Positions 34,118-44,305 of a DNA stretch of 64,000 nt are shown here, in pieces. Origin of the DNA: a virus (Duplodnaviria > Heunggongvirae > Uroviricota > Caudoviricetes); the IMG/VR virus record IMGVR_UViG_3300042905_002309, positions 32,001 to 96,000 of that record; one strand, written 5' to 3'. The notes under the pieces are model-generated. The model made no database searches and had not been told where the DNA came from. It saw only the letters and a program-made list of their open reading frames with translations. The translations under genes and the position numbers were made by a program. Within the stretch, counting starts at the first letter, position 1; the number at the start of each line of letters is the position of its first letter.

Positions 34118-34789
34118 TTATCCTCTTAATGCTTTCATGAACTGTGCAAAACTCTCAACCATATAAGTATCTACGTCTTTCTTAGGAATAGCGTTAAGTC
34201 TGCATTGTAACGAATCACAAGCTAATTCAACGATTCTTCCACCCTCTGCAATGATATACTGACGATTTTCAGTAATACTTTCGAGAATAGCAGATTGGTA
34301 TGAAGGTTGATGAACAAGGTCAACTGCAATTAAATGGAAATTTTTAACCTTGTTGTACTTGCCTTCTTGAATCAATGAGCCAAGAGCACGACTAGAACAA
34401 CCAAGTTTCACACCATCAATAAGCAACTGCTTAACGATTACACCAGCAGGAGTAGAAAGAATTTTTGATCTACCGTAGAACACATTATCCTTCTGTTCTA
34501 ACTTGGTAATCATATGGCAAGCTTTGTCAAGAGATACGTCAGTAGATTCTTGAGGATGGTTTAATTCACCTAAAGCACGACTTTGTTTAATGAATTCTTT
34601 GTCATATCGGGTAACTTCATTAACCATTTCAGTTAAATCGTAGATACGGTTGTTCTGATTTGGTTGCGAAGCCAACATGTATGGCCCTTGAATATAAACA
34701 CTTCTTGGCTCGTTATTGTTCTTTTCTTCAACAATAACCTCTAAATCTTGGCTAAATTCGGTTTCTCTCAAATATTTTAATACTTGCAT
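34118..34789 (-). CDS. gp21: Prohead protease
   Basis: NxNNRIY, ALGELNHP, G.SSRALGS, AVDLV..PS. Confidence 0.95.
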   Translation of the reverse strand: MQVLKYLRETEFSQDLEVIVEEKNNNEPRSVYIQGPYMLASQPNQNNRIYDLTEMVNEVTRYDKEFIKQSRALGELNHPQESTDVSLDKACHMITKLEQKDNVFYGRSKILSTPAGVIVKQLLIDGVKLGCSSRALGSLIQEGKYNKVKNFHLIAVDLVHQPSYQSAILESITENRQYIIAEGGRIVELACDSLQCRLNAIPKKDVDTYMVESFAQFMKALRG

Positions 34790-34871
34790 ATGTTATTCTC
34801 CTGTGTAGAATCGCTTCTCTTTCAAGTATTTATGTAAATAAATGTTAATTTCATCTTTTTTTATTAATCTA

Positions 34872-34944
34872 TTGACATTTAATACGAATGTGATATATTA
34901 ATAAAGAATAGATTGAATACAGCAATAAAAATAATAACAGTCTG
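34872..34944 (+). promoter_or_regulatory. Sigma70 promoter plus 5' UTR hairpin carrying ACAGCAA
   Basis: TTGACA...TATATT; AGATTG/CAGTCT stem abutting AAAGGT RBS. Confidence 0.7.
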
Positions 34945-34956
34945 AAAGGTAAAAAA

Positions 34957-36369
34957 ATGAAAACAAACAGCAGAACATGTAACGGCGCAAACGCATTCGA
35001 ACACTCAGAAAACCATCTTTTGGAATTCTTTTCCAAGGCTGGATCATTATACACAAAGAAGGAGAGTTACTACGGTAATGAGTCTTCTGCTTTGGAATTG
35101 TTCAAAACTGCTTGGAGAGCAGATGCTGAAAAGGCTATGAAGTTGCTTTTCTGGTTGCGTGATTGCCGTGGTGGTGCAGGTAACAGAAGTGGTACAAGAG
35201 AAATCTTAACTTGGTTGGGCAATACTCACTCAGAATGGGTAAATGCCAATATCAACCTTATCCCTAAGTATGGTCGTTGGGATGATTTAACCGCTTTGTA
35301 TAACACTCCTTGTGAGAACTCAGCATTAGCTTGTTGGGAAACTGGTATCTTGGGTGATGATTCTGTTTGTGGTCTTGCTTCAAAGTGGGCTGATAGACAG
35401 GATGTAAAGCTTCGTAAGCATATGAAGCTTTCTCCAAAGGCTTTCAGAAAGCTTGTTGTACAGAAGACTAAGGTAGTTGAAACCATTATGTGTAATAACG
35501 AATGGGCTAATATCAACTATTCTACAGTTCCTTCTGTAGCTTCTGCTCGTTATAAGAACGCTTTCAAACGCCATGATGCACAGTATGAGGAATGGGTTAA
35601 GTCTTTGACAAAAGAAGGTACTGAAACCAAGGTCAATGCTGAAACATTGATGCCTCATGATATTGTAAGAATGGTACAGACTGACATCAATGATGCTACT
35701 ACTGGTGCATTAGCTGATGCTCAGTTGAAGGCTATGCCTAATTTCATGGAAGGTACTAATTACAGAATTATGCCTATTTGTGACTTCTCTGGTTCAATGC
35801 ATGTTCAAATGTCTGGATCAATTCAGGCATATGAGGTGTCTTTGGCATTAGGGTTGTATTGTTCTGAAAAGGTTGGTTCAGAGAATCCTTTCTACCGTAA
35901 GGTGATTCCATTCTCTACCGATTCTAAGATCGAGTCTTGGAAGAATAAGTCTTTTGCACAAGCTGTAAGAGATATTCCTAACGGGTATTGTGGTGGTACG
36001 AATATTCAGAAGGCTTTGAACAAGATTCTTGAAGCAGCTACTTTATTCAATGTTACGAATGATCAGATTCCTAACGTCTTGTTAATTCTTTCTGATATGC
36101 AGTTCGATCAGGGTGTTGAAGATTGTGGTACACCTGTAAACGAATCTTTGGCTAAGTGGAAGTCTGCTGGTTATGATATTCCAAAGGTAATCTATTGGAA
36201 TCTTGCTGGTAATGCTGGACAACCTGCTACTTGTGCAGACAAGAATGTTGCCTTGGTAAGTGGTTTCAGCCCATCAGTATTGAAGGCAGTATTGGGTGGA
36301 ACAGACTTTAGCCCTATTGCCATCATGAATAGTGCAATTAGTAAATATAATGTAGTAGTTCCAAACTAA
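34957..36369 (+). CDS. Ro60/TROVE-like VWA protein (DUF2828 type)
   Basis: LFWLRDCRGGAG.R, YGRWDDL, KW, MIDAS DFSGSM, GT, ILSDMQFD, YWNL, SGFSP. Confidence 0.8.
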   Translation: MKTNSRTCNGANAFEHSENHLLEFFSKAGSLYTKKESYYGNESSALELFKTAWRADAEKAMKLLFWLRDCRGGAGNRSGTREILTWLGNTHSEWVNANINLIPKYGRWDDLTALYNTPCENSALACWETGILGDDSVCGLASKWADRQDVKLRKHMKLSPKAFRKLVVQKTKVVETIMCNNEWANINYSTVPSVASARYKNAFKRHDAQYEEWVKSLTKEGTETKVNAETLMPHDIVRMVQTDINDATTGALADAQLKAMPNFMEGTNYRIMPICDFSGSMHVQMSGSIQAYEVSLALGLYCSEKVGSENPFYRKVIPFSTDSKIESWKNKSFAQAVRDIPNGYCGGTNIQKALNKILEAATLFNVTNDQIPNVLLILSDMQFDQGVEDCGTPVNESLAKWKSAGYDIPKVIYWNLAGNAGQPATCADKNVALVSGFSPSVLKAVLGGTDFSPIAIMNSAISKYNVVVPN

Positions 36370-37067
36370 GATTTATATTTCACTATCTGCTTACATAATG
36401 CTATGAAGTCTGATTCATCAAGATCGGATTTCATAGCATTAATAGTTTTATGAACCCACTGTACATTGTCTTTAATATAACCAAACTTAGAGTTTATTCT
36501 ATCAAGTGATGCAGTTTGTGCTGAGTCTGTACTAAAAATTAAAGTGATTCCACTTAATGCACATAATTTGTTTTGTTTGATATATAATTCCCACATATAT
36601 TTCAATGTAATATTGAACGGTATTTTTCGTTTTTTTGCATTGGCTTTAATACTCGATAGATATCTTCCGCTTATACTCTCGTAACCTTTCCAATTGGCGT
36701 TATTGTTACCAGATAATTTAATACATCCACAAGAAAGTTGTTTTCCTCGTTTTAAATTTGATGCCAATACTTTACACTCGTTTCCACAATCACATTTACA
36801 TAACCATATTCTATGTCCACTTTTATCACATCCCTCTAGACTAATAGCAGTTAAATTATCAAATTTTTTACCAGTTAAATTATCTTTTTTATTAATAACA
36901 CTTTTATGTATAACTGGAACACCAATACCTTGTCTTATCTCTAACAATCTATTTCGATTCTTTTCATAATGGCATTTCTTACATATTGTACATCTCTTGT
37001 TTCTTGAGATATAATACTCGTCTTCGGATTTATCTTTACTACATTTTGAACATTTAATAACTTTCAT
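36366..37067 (-). CDS. Putative homing endonuclease
   Basis: WLCKCDCG, SCGC, CALSG, SLDRI.S..GY..DNVQWV...N.MK. Confidence 0.8.
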   Translation of the reverse strand: MKVIKCSKCSKDKSEDEYYISRNKRCTICKKCHYEKNRNRLLEIRQGIGVPVIHKSVINKKDNLTGKKFDNLTAISLEGCDKSGHRIWLCKCDCGNECKVLASNLKRGKQLSCGCIKLSGNNNANWKGYESISGRYLSSIKANAKKRKIPFNITLKYMWELYIKQNKLCALSGITLIFSTDSAQTASLDRINSKFGYIKDNVQWVHKTINAMKSDLDESDFIALCKQIVKYKS

Positions 37068-37119
37068 ATTTCATACTCCTATAATTATTTAGTAAAACGG
37101 TATATGAAATACGAAATTA

Positions 37120-37215
37120 TAAAACAAAAAACCCTCTAACCTTTCGGAAAGAGGGCTACCTTGTCGGGGTTGATATATCGAAGAAGCGTGTGAGAGAAAT
37201 CTTACACGCTTTTTT
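37120..37215. repeat. ~96-bp direct repeat, copy 1 (double terminator unit)
   Basis: Identical by eye to 37453..37548. Confidence 0.9.
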
Positions 37216-37218
37216 GTT

Positions 37219-37422
37219 TTATTTACAATCTTCGCAATATTTTTGATTCATTGGTATTTTTGTGTTGCATCCCTTACATTCGTGTTTCTGATTTGGACAT
37301 CCCTTTTCGTGGCAACGAACACCATTAATCATAGTTTCTTGACATTGATCACATTTTTCAGTCTTCTTTTTGGTTTCAGACATGCTCTCGTAAATTGCTT
37401 CTAGTTTTAAATCTCTATTCAT
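37219..37422 (-). CDS. Small Cys-rich protein
   Basis: CDQC...INGV.CHE.GCPN...C..C...C..C; GGAG RBS. Confidence 0.65.
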   Translation of the reverse strand: MNRDLKLEAIYESMSETKKKTEKCDQCQETMINGVRCHEKGCPNQKHECKGCNTKIPMNQKYCEDCK

Positions 37423-37452
37423 AATTATTCTCCGTTTTAATTATTTAGTATT

Positions 37453-37548
37453 TAAAACAAAAAACCCTCTAACCTTTCGGAAAGAGGGCTACCTTGTCGG
37501 GGTTGATATATCGAAGAAGCGTGTGAGAGAAATCTTACACGCTTTTTT
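37453..37548. repeat. ~96-bp direct repeat, copy 2
   Basis: Identical by eye to 37120..37215; partial third copy ~38043..38088. Confidence 0.9.
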
Positions 37549-38020
37549 ATTTTACATGTTCAACTAATTTATACAACCCTTCAATAGTGGTCGTGTTATA
37601 ATCATATTCTTTATCAGATAATGGGGTCTGAATTGCAGTGTATATCACTGAACAACCAGCGTCTTTTGCTAATTTATGTAATACTTCTAGATTATTTTTT
37701 ATCACTTCTTTTGTACCATCAATTGTCATATTTTTACGAATACTACTAATCCCATAAGTGGCTTTTGGTTCTTGGTTAATAGTAATGCGGAGAGCACCAT
37801 TATTAAATGCTTTCATATATAATTCTTCTTGTGTGAGCGTTGTTAAATCTGATCGTGATATACCAAATATTTTTGGGTGGTCTTTTAGATAACTTATATG
37901 TGAGAAATCTGGAACCTCAAGGATTTTACTAGGATAAGATATTATCCATGCATTATAACCACCAAAAGTACGTTCCTCTTTTAAAATTATATATAGATTG
38001 TAGAAAAAATTATCTCGCAT
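37547..38020 (-). CDS. Hypothetical protein
   Basis: 157-aa ORF after ACTAAATA. Confidence 0.6.
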   Translation of the reverse strand: MRDNFFYNLYIILKEERTFGGYNAWIISYPSKILEVPDFSHISYLKDHPKIFGISRSDLTTLTQEELYMKAFNNGALRITINQEPKATYGISSIRKNMTIDGTKEVIKNNLEVLHKLAKDAGCSVIYTAIQTPLSDKEYDYNTTTIEGLYKLVEHVK

Positions 38021-38125
38021 ATGATTATTTAGTATATAAACGAAAAAAAAACCCGACTCCTTGCGGAATCGGGCTACCTTGTCGGGTATCTGAAATTGTC
38101 TTCGTATACAACTATTTAGTAATTC

Positions 38126-40576
38126 TTATGAACACTTTGAGTTTCCACAATTCTTACAAATCTTGCAACCATCTTCAAAAACCAATTTAGAACCACATTT
38201 CTCACAATTACCACCAATTGTGCCATCTTTAATATACTTTTTTAATGCTCGTGCAATAGACTTACCAAAGCTGAACATATCACCTTCCGTCTTCAATAAT
38301 TGGTCTACAGTATATTGAAGAGGAACATGATGGCGAAGAGATAGTGATGTAAAACGAGTAAGCATATCTTCCTCTTCTGTTGTATTCTTGGTAATATCTT
38401 TAATTTCGCTACCATCTTCAAATATCAAATGATATCGCCCTTGGGTTTCACGTATAATCTTGCCTGTGGTTAATTTTTTGTCATATTTACCATTTTCGAT
38501 AGCAAAACATTCATATGGTACTCCTTCATCAAAACCAATCATAACCATATATTCGAATGTACGCACCTTATCTAATTTCTTTGTAACCTTAATGTGGTGG
38601 ATTTCACATGGAACAATTTTGGGGCGTTTCTTTGCTTCGTTCTTTTTAACTTCTTTATTACCAGTGTCATTTTCGTTTACCAACACACCTGAACGACTTC
38701 CATCACGGTAGAACGTCATACCCTTACATCCACCCTTCCAAGCTTTCATGTAAAGTTTTTCCACCATGTCCATACTCACAGATTTAGGGGCATTTGCTGT
38801 CTTTGAAACTGAATGTGAAATCCATTTCTGTACACTAGATTGAAGATCAATTGAGGATTCCAAATCGATGTCTTTAACAGTAGAACCATGATAAGGTGAC
38901 TTGGTAATATCCTTTGTAGGATTACTTTTAATCCACTTATTTAATCCTGTGTGATACATGATAAATTCCTGCCATCTATCACCCATATCGTCAACGAAAT
39001 CGACCTTAACTGTGCTATTCGTAGCATTGATTTTCTTTCTACGTTTGTAAGACAATTCAAACACAGGTTCAATACCAGAAGAAGTCTGTGTCAAGATTGA
39101 AACACTTCCTGTTGGTGAGCAAGTTGTAGGAGAAATATTTCTTCTACCGTACTTTGAGTGTAAATCTGCTACCTCTGGTGAAGCTTCAAAAATACGAGTG
39201 AGTAATGGAGAAGGATTATTATATTCAAGATCATGATTATAAAGAGGAAATGCACCCAATTCCTTCGCCATCTCACAAGATGATTTCATACTCGAAACCG
39301 CTAAACCCTTGAATACAGTATCAGTGATAGCCAATGATTCTTTTGAACCATACTTACATCCCATAGAAGCAAATACATCAGCTAAAGCCGTTACACCAAG
39401 ACCAGTTCTGCGACCTTTGATACAAGAATCTTTTATATTCAACCATGTATCCAATTCAATCTGTTTAATTTTATCTGTCTCTTTATCAGATTTAATTTTA
39501 TTGATAATTTCATCCAAGCATTCAAGTTCTAAATCAATAAGATCATCCATTAAACGTTGACCCATTTCAACCATCTTACCAAACTTACCATAGTTGAAAA
39601 ATGCTGTATCGGTAAACGGATGTTCAACAAAACTGATGAGATTTACAACAATCAAACGACAAGAATCAACTCCCATTACAATTTCACCACAAGGATTCGT
39701 TGTTCGATCATAGAAATTATTATCAATGGCTCCATAGCGATTTGATAAGCTATTATTAATCATTGTATCCCAAAACATACAACCGGGTTCTCCATTGTTG
39801 AAATTTGCTTCCATCATTAATTTCCAGATTGAACGAGCGTTCACTTTCTTAGAAATTTCTTTCTTTCCTGTCATAGGCCAGAATTGTTCATAATCAGTAT
39901 TAGCTTCAACAGCCTTCAAGAAATCATCTGTAAATCTTACTGAAATATTTGCACCAGTTACACGTTTCTTATCAGCTTTCATCAAGATAAATTTCTCAAT
40001 TTCAGGATGATGTACTGACATAGATAATAACAATGCACCACGACGACCACCTTGTGCAATTCCTCTAACAGTTTCACTAAATTTATCTGCGAATACACTG
40101 AATCCGTCTGTAGTACGTGCAGCATTTTCAACATGCATACCAGATGGACGAATATTGCTGATATCTACACCTACACCTGCTCTACGTTTCATAAGTTGAG
40201 CCATAACTTGATCCGTATAACATACACCACCAATTGAATCTACAACATTATCAATTACATAACAATTACCAAGGGTTTGTTTCTGATGTTTATTACCAAT
40301 TCCAGACATTGGTGAACCTTGTGGGACGATGTATTTAAATTTATCAAATGCATCAAAGATTTCTTTTTCTGTGAGGGGTTTCTTAAATTTCTTTTTCTCA
40401 ATTCGTGCAAATTCTTTTGCCATGCGCCAATGCATATCTTCTGGTGTCTTTTCGATTAGATTATCATCTTTATCACGTAGTGCGTATTTTTCAATCCAGA
40501 CGCTAGAGGCGAGTTCGTCACCATTAAAATATTTTAAGCATTCAATCATAGATTCTTCTTGTGTATATTTCTTCAT
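38126..40576 (-). CDS. nrdJ: Class II (B12-dependent) ribonucleotide reductase
   Basis: GNCYV, GGRRGAL, TNPCGE, RRTGLG, PTGS.S, SGIEP, YRDGSR, C-terminal Zn ribbon; no nrdB nearby. Confidence 0.92.
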   Translation of the reverse strand: MKKYTQEESMIECLKYFNGDELASSVWIEKYALRDKDDNLIEKTPEDMHWRMAKEFARIEKKKFKKPLTEKEIFDAFDKFKYIVPQGSPMSGIGNKHQKQTLGNCYVIDNVVDSIGGVCYTDQVMAQLMKRRAGVGVDISNIRPSGMHVENAARTTDGFSVFADKFSETVRGIAQGGRRGALLLSMSVHHPEIEKFILMKADKKRVTGANISVRFTDDFLKAVEANTDYEQFWPMTGKKEISKKVNARSIWKLMMEANFNNGEPGCMFWDTMINNSLSNRYGAIDNNFYDRTTNPCGEIVMGVDSCRLIVVNLISFVEHPFTDTAFFNYGKFGKMVEMGQRLMDDLIDLELECLDEIINKIKSDKETDKIKQIELDTWLNIKDSCIKGRRTGLGVTALADVFASMGCKYGSKESLAITDTVFKGLAVSSMKSSCEMAKELGAFPLYNHDLEYNNPSPLLTRIFEASPEVADLHSKYGRRNISPTTCSPTGSVSILTQTSSGIEPVFELSYKRRKKINATNSTVKVDFVDDMGDRWQEFIMYHTGLNKWIKSNPTKDITKSPYHGSTVKDIDLESSIDLQSSVQKWISHSVSKTANAPKSVSMDMVEKLYMKAWKGGCKGMTFYRDGSRSGVLVNENDTGNKEVKKNEAKKRPKIVPCEIHHIKVTKKLDKVRTFEYMVMIGFDEGVPYECFAIENGKYDKKLTTGKIIRETQGRYHLIFEDGSEIKDITKNTTEEEDMLTRFTSLSLRHHVPLQYTVDQLLKTEGDMFSFGKSIARALKKYIKDGTIGGNCEKCGSKLVFEDGCKICKNCGNSKCS

Positions 40577-40658
40577 TAATTTCTCCTAAAGTGTTCAAGT
40601 ATTTATACCAATAAGTGTGTTTTACTATAGGTACTTTGGTATGTAGTCGTAACCTCTT

Positions 40659-42134
40659 ATGTTTGTTCAGTTTATATGTTTATTATATAATTTATTCTTA
40701 TTACCCTTACAGTATAGCATTTTCTCAAGATTATTCAACTCTTTTGATAAATACTTAAAAAGGATTTCATTTATGGCTAAATTTACAAATATTAATAATG
40801 CAACCATCGTACAAACTACAACAGCCGATGGATTTTGGCTACCAACTAAAATAAATACTCGTCAGGTTGGATTACAAGTTTACAGTTTTGATGACCCCGC
40901 TTTGGATATTATACCACCATCACCCGGTTTTGTAATAAATGATGCACATATCTATCAATCTTCTACTTTAGTTCCTAATGCTACTTCCTATGGTGTAGCT
41001 GTAGCATTTACTGTTAATGGTAGTGCTGTTGCTGTACCTTTATATCAAATTGAACAGAATAGTGAAATATATCCTTTATTAGACTTTAAAACTCCTACAT
41101 TGGTTGGTGGATTAACTTCAACTGGATCATTTATGGTAATGGGTATTGATAATGTTAATTATGGACTTTCTTTGTATAATTATGGTCAACTATTAAATCA
41201 ACAAAATAATACTTTCAGTGATATTACTACTGGAATAACTACTAATACTATTGTTGATGTGGGTAAACCTACCTTTGATATCACTACTGAGAGTGGTTCT
41301 ACATATCTTAATCCTAAAATTGAAGCTTATAGTGACTTATTGGAACGTATCAAACGTCTTCTTGGTTGGCCTTCTATCAATATTGATTTATGTGATGAAA
41401 ATATTGCTGCATTTATTGATAACGCCATTGAATTATATACAAAATATGCTGGTTACTCAGAAGAGTTTATGATTTTCAATACCAATATTTACAAACGAGG
41501 TATTGGTATTAAACTTGATGATATTTTCTCATTCACTCCTGAATTAAATGAGAAGACTAGTAATAATGCTAAAATCGGTTTTGATTATGATATGAAAGAT
41601 TATCGTAAAGTACTTGATGTCTGGTCTTTCGAACAAGGTGAATCAACTGGTATTAATACTTTATTCACGATGGAACAAGCGATGGTACAACAAGTTTATT
41701 ACGGAAATCTTTTAGGTAGTATGGGATTTGATTTGGTTACGTGGCATATTACTAAAGAATGGCTTGAAACTAGAGAGAAAGTATTGGCGCAAAAACCGTA
41801 TATCAGATTTAATGCTCGTTCACAATATATGACCATTCTTCCAGAACCAATGCCTAACCAGAACTATTTTGGTTGTATTGGTGCTAATGTAGAAAAACCT
41901 GTTCGTGATTTAATTTCAGAACCTTGGGTTGTATTCTATGTACAAGCTCTTTCAAAAATTGCTATCGGTAATCTTAGAACTAAGTTCCAAGGTCAGGTAT
42001 TATTCGGTGGTGGTACAGTTAATGGTACAGATTTATTAGGTCAAGGTCTTAAAGAAAAAGAAGAACTTGAAAAACAATTATTAACTGGTAGTGGATTTGT
42101 TGATGTAACACCTATTAGATTCTTCATGGGGTAA
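40659..42134 (+). CDS. gp13: Neck protein gp13 with N-terminal repeat extension
   Basis: IKRLLGWPSINIDL, KFQG..LFGG.TVNG, P..FFMG; probable start MAKF ~40772. Confidence 0.85.
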   Translation: MFVQFICLLYNLFLLPLQYSIFSRLFNSFDKYLKRISFMAKFTNINNATIVQTTTADGFWLPTKINTRQVGLQVYSFDDPALDIIPPSPGFVINDAHIYQSSTLVPNATSYGVAVAFTVNGSAVAVPLYQIEQNSEIYPLLDFKTPTLVGGLTSTGSFMVMGIDNVNYGLSLYNYGQLLNQQNNTFSDITTGITTNTIVDVGKPTFDITTESGSTYLNPKIEAYSDLLERIKRLLGWPSINIDLCDENIAAFIDNAIELYTKYAGYSEEFMIFNTNIYKRGIGIKLDDIFSFTPELNEKTSNNAKIGFDYDMKDYRKVLDVWSFEQGESTGINTLFTMEQAMVQQVYYGNLLGSMGFDLVTWHITKEWLETREKVLAQKPYIRFNARSQYMTILPEPMPNQNYFGCIGANVEKPVRDLISEPWVVFYVQALSKIAIGNLRTKFQGQVLFGGGTVNGTDLLGQGLKEKEELEKQLLTGSGFVDVTPIRFFMG

Positions 42135-42137
42135 AAA

Positions 42138-42983
42138 ATGAAATGTAATGGAACTAAACCAAGATTTGTAAATAAAAACACAAATGCCAATGAACGTAAG
42201 CTTATAGCCCAATGGTGGGAAGAAGCTACGCAATTATATGGAACCTCTGTATCCTATTTTACCAATCTTTACAGTTTAACTTCACATGATTTCTTATACG
42301 GTGAGAATCCTACTAAGGGATTTTCTTCACCTACCGAAATGATTGTATTAGCTCAAATGAATAACGATTCTCTTTTATTGAGTAAGTTTGGTATTCAAGC
42401 ACAGGGTGAATTGACAATTGTAATTCCCATCTCTCAATTCTCTACAGATATGAAGAATCCACGAGCAGAACCAAAAAGTGGTGATTTAATTCGTCTTGAT
42501 GAGGTTGGTTGGGATCGTCCAAATGGTGGGGGTTATCCAAATTCTTATCCTGATACACAATTAACAGGATTAAGTTCAATCGATTTCTGTACTATGAGCG
42601 ATCCTGATGGTAATAAAACATTAAATAGTGGTTATGTTAGCGGTGGTGGTTATAATCCTATCGATAGCTGGTTACGTGGACCAAATGTTTACGAAATTAC
42701 CGAAAGAAGAGATGAAAATATACCCGGGCAGATTAATCCTTTAATGGCTCATATCGTTTGGTATATTACTTGCAAGAGATTTGATTATTCTTACGAACCA
42801 AATGCTCCTATGGAAGCTGGTTCAAGTCAGGTTTCGGATTCGTCTATGTATGGTAAATTAAGTGGTGGTACGCCTACTGCGGAACCACCTAAACCTTATA
42901 CGCAAAATGATGAACTTGCTGCGAAACTCTCATGGGATTATACGCAACACGGCAATCTCGATTCTGTATACGGTAAATATTAA
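42138..42983 (+). CDS. gp14: Neck protein gp14
   Basis: E..QLYG..V.Y, LYGE, SKFGI, P..GDLI, FDYSYE; follows gp13. Confidence 0.85.
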   Translation: MKCNGTKPRFVNKNTNANERKLIAQWWEEATQLYGTSVSYFTNLYSLTSHDFLYGENPTKGFSSPTEMIVLAQMNNDSLLLSKFGIQAQGELTIVIPISQFSTDMKNPRAEPKSGDLIRLDEVGWDRPNGGGYPNSYPDTQLTGLSSIDFCTMSDPDGNKTLNSGYVSGGGYNPIDSWLRGPNVYEITERRDENIPGQINPLMAHIVWYITCKRFDYSYEPNAPMEAGSSQVSDSSMYGKLSGGTPTAEPPKPYTQNDELAAKLSWDYTQHGNLDSVYGKY

Positions 42984-43252
42984 ATCTTAACATCGTTACG
43001 ATACCATAGTAACTCAGGTCCAATTGATGTTTGTTGCCAATCCTCAATTACAATTAAATCTTGATGTACTTCTGTATGACAATCTGCACAAATATAACAA
43101 AGATTCCATTTAGCATTAGCATCAGGTATTTTTCGACCATGTATATGATGTTCTTCTAAAATTTTCTTTTCTTCACAAAGATCACAAGGTTTGGTTTTGG
43201 AGCGTTTAATTTTTTGTAAACTTTTACGGGTTAAATCTGATTTTTTTCTCAT
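42980..43252 (-). CDS. Small HNH endonuclease
   Basis: CDLC...HHI...NL..IC..CH..VH. Confidence 0.75.
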   Translation of the reverse strand: MRKKSDLTRKSLQKIKRSKTKPCDLCEEKKILEEHHIHGRKIPDANAKWNLCYICADCHTEVHQDLIVIEDWQQTSIGPELLWYRNDVKI

Positions 43253-43317
43253 ATAACTATTTATAATTTACCATATTCATTTACAATTTCAATAAATAAT
43301 TATACAGAGGTAATATT

Positions 43318-43521
43318 ATGCCATTTATAACTAAAAACATTGACGGTAAAAGTGAAGTACAAGTTCGTGCGATATTAGCAGGATTGTTCTCATTAGCTAT
43401 TATTGCTGGTTTCTTCTGTGCTTTAATCACTGCGGATTCATTTATGGGTATTGCTACAATGGCTATTACCTATTATTTTGCAAAAAGAAATACTGAGGAA
43501 GGTAAAACAATCAATAAATAA
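43318..43521 (+). CDS. Small two-TM membrane protein (holin-like)
   Basis: Two hydrophobic helices, YYF, basic tail. Confidence 0.5.
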   Translation: MPFITKNIDGKSEVQVRAILAGLFSLAIIAGFFCALITADSFMGIATMAITYYFAKRNTEEGKTINK

Positions 43522-44191
43522 AATTGGTCTTTTCTGGTACTTTATCGCCTTTAGATAGATTTTCACGTACTAATAATGGTTGAAGATTTCCCCAATGATT
43601 AGCTATCTTCTGATTGGTTTGGTCTATTAAATCATTATCCGCAAAGAACTGTAATGGTATTATATGATCTACATGCCATACTTTACCATAATTTTCTCTT
43701 GTCATTCCATCACGAAATTGTTTTTCTAAATGATTCCATACTTCTTCTATCGTACAACAAAAGGATTCTATTGTTGATGTGTATTTAGAATTATTTTTTA
43801 ATGCTTTATTACGTCTTCGTCTTAAATTATGTAATAACTTATAATTAGAATCAGTTTTTAATCTTGTTTTAACATATGAATTATCACGAGTCTGTTTTAT
43901 GGTTCTATTTTCTTTGTTATATTTCTTTACGTAATTTTTAATATGTAATCTATGTATTTCATTATTATCATATTTATCTTTTCGTTTTTCTTTTATTACT
44001 GTTTTATTTAAAACTCTATACTGACGAAGATAATCAATATTTTCAGTTCTATGTAGTAATCTATACTGTTTATTACAAAGTTTACAGTTGTTCTGGTGTC
44101 CGTCTAACGCTTTAGTGTATTTTGAGAAATCGTCTATAGATTTAATCTCATTACATTTAAAACATTTTTTGGTATCATTTTGACTTGTCAT
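43511..44191 (-). CDS. HNH-type putative homing endonuclease (paralog of 27787 and 46686)
   Basis: KKCFKC; HLEKQF.DGM..ENYG..WHVDHIIP...NLQPL...N..K. Confidence 0.8.
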   Translation of the reverse strand: MTSQNDTKKCFKCNEIKSIDDFSKYTKALDGHQNNCKLCNKQYRLLHRTENIDYLRQYRVLNKTVIKEKRKDKYDNNEIHRLHIKNYVKKYNKENRTIKQTRDNSYVKTRLKTDSNYKLLHNLRRRRNKALKNNSKYTSTIESFCCTIEEVWNHLEKQFRDGMTRENYGKVWHVDHIIPLQFFADNDLIDQTNQKIANHWGNLQPLLVRENLSKGDKVPEKTNFIY

Positions 44192-44218
44192 TTAAACTCA
44201 CCTTTATAAATATTGATG

Positions 44219-44280
44219 TACAGGACAGCTATACTCACCTGTAGTTTCTATAAACAAACCACTGTTTATAGATTACTGTA
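44219..44280 (-). promoter_or_regulatory. Conserved structured leader of HNH gene (copy 2)
   Basis: CAGTAATC-stem-GAAAC-stem-CTGTCCTG. Confidence 0.7.
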
Positions 44281-44305
44281 TCTCTTCTTTTAATTATTTA
44301 GTATA

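Noticed and set aside
37120-37548. CRISPR or IS ends
   Set aside because: Only two full 96-bp direct copies around a real gene; no transposase or terminal inverted repeats
38126-40576. Intron or intein in nrdJ
   Set aside because: ORF is continuous, of normal size, and lacks intein or LAGLIDADG motifs
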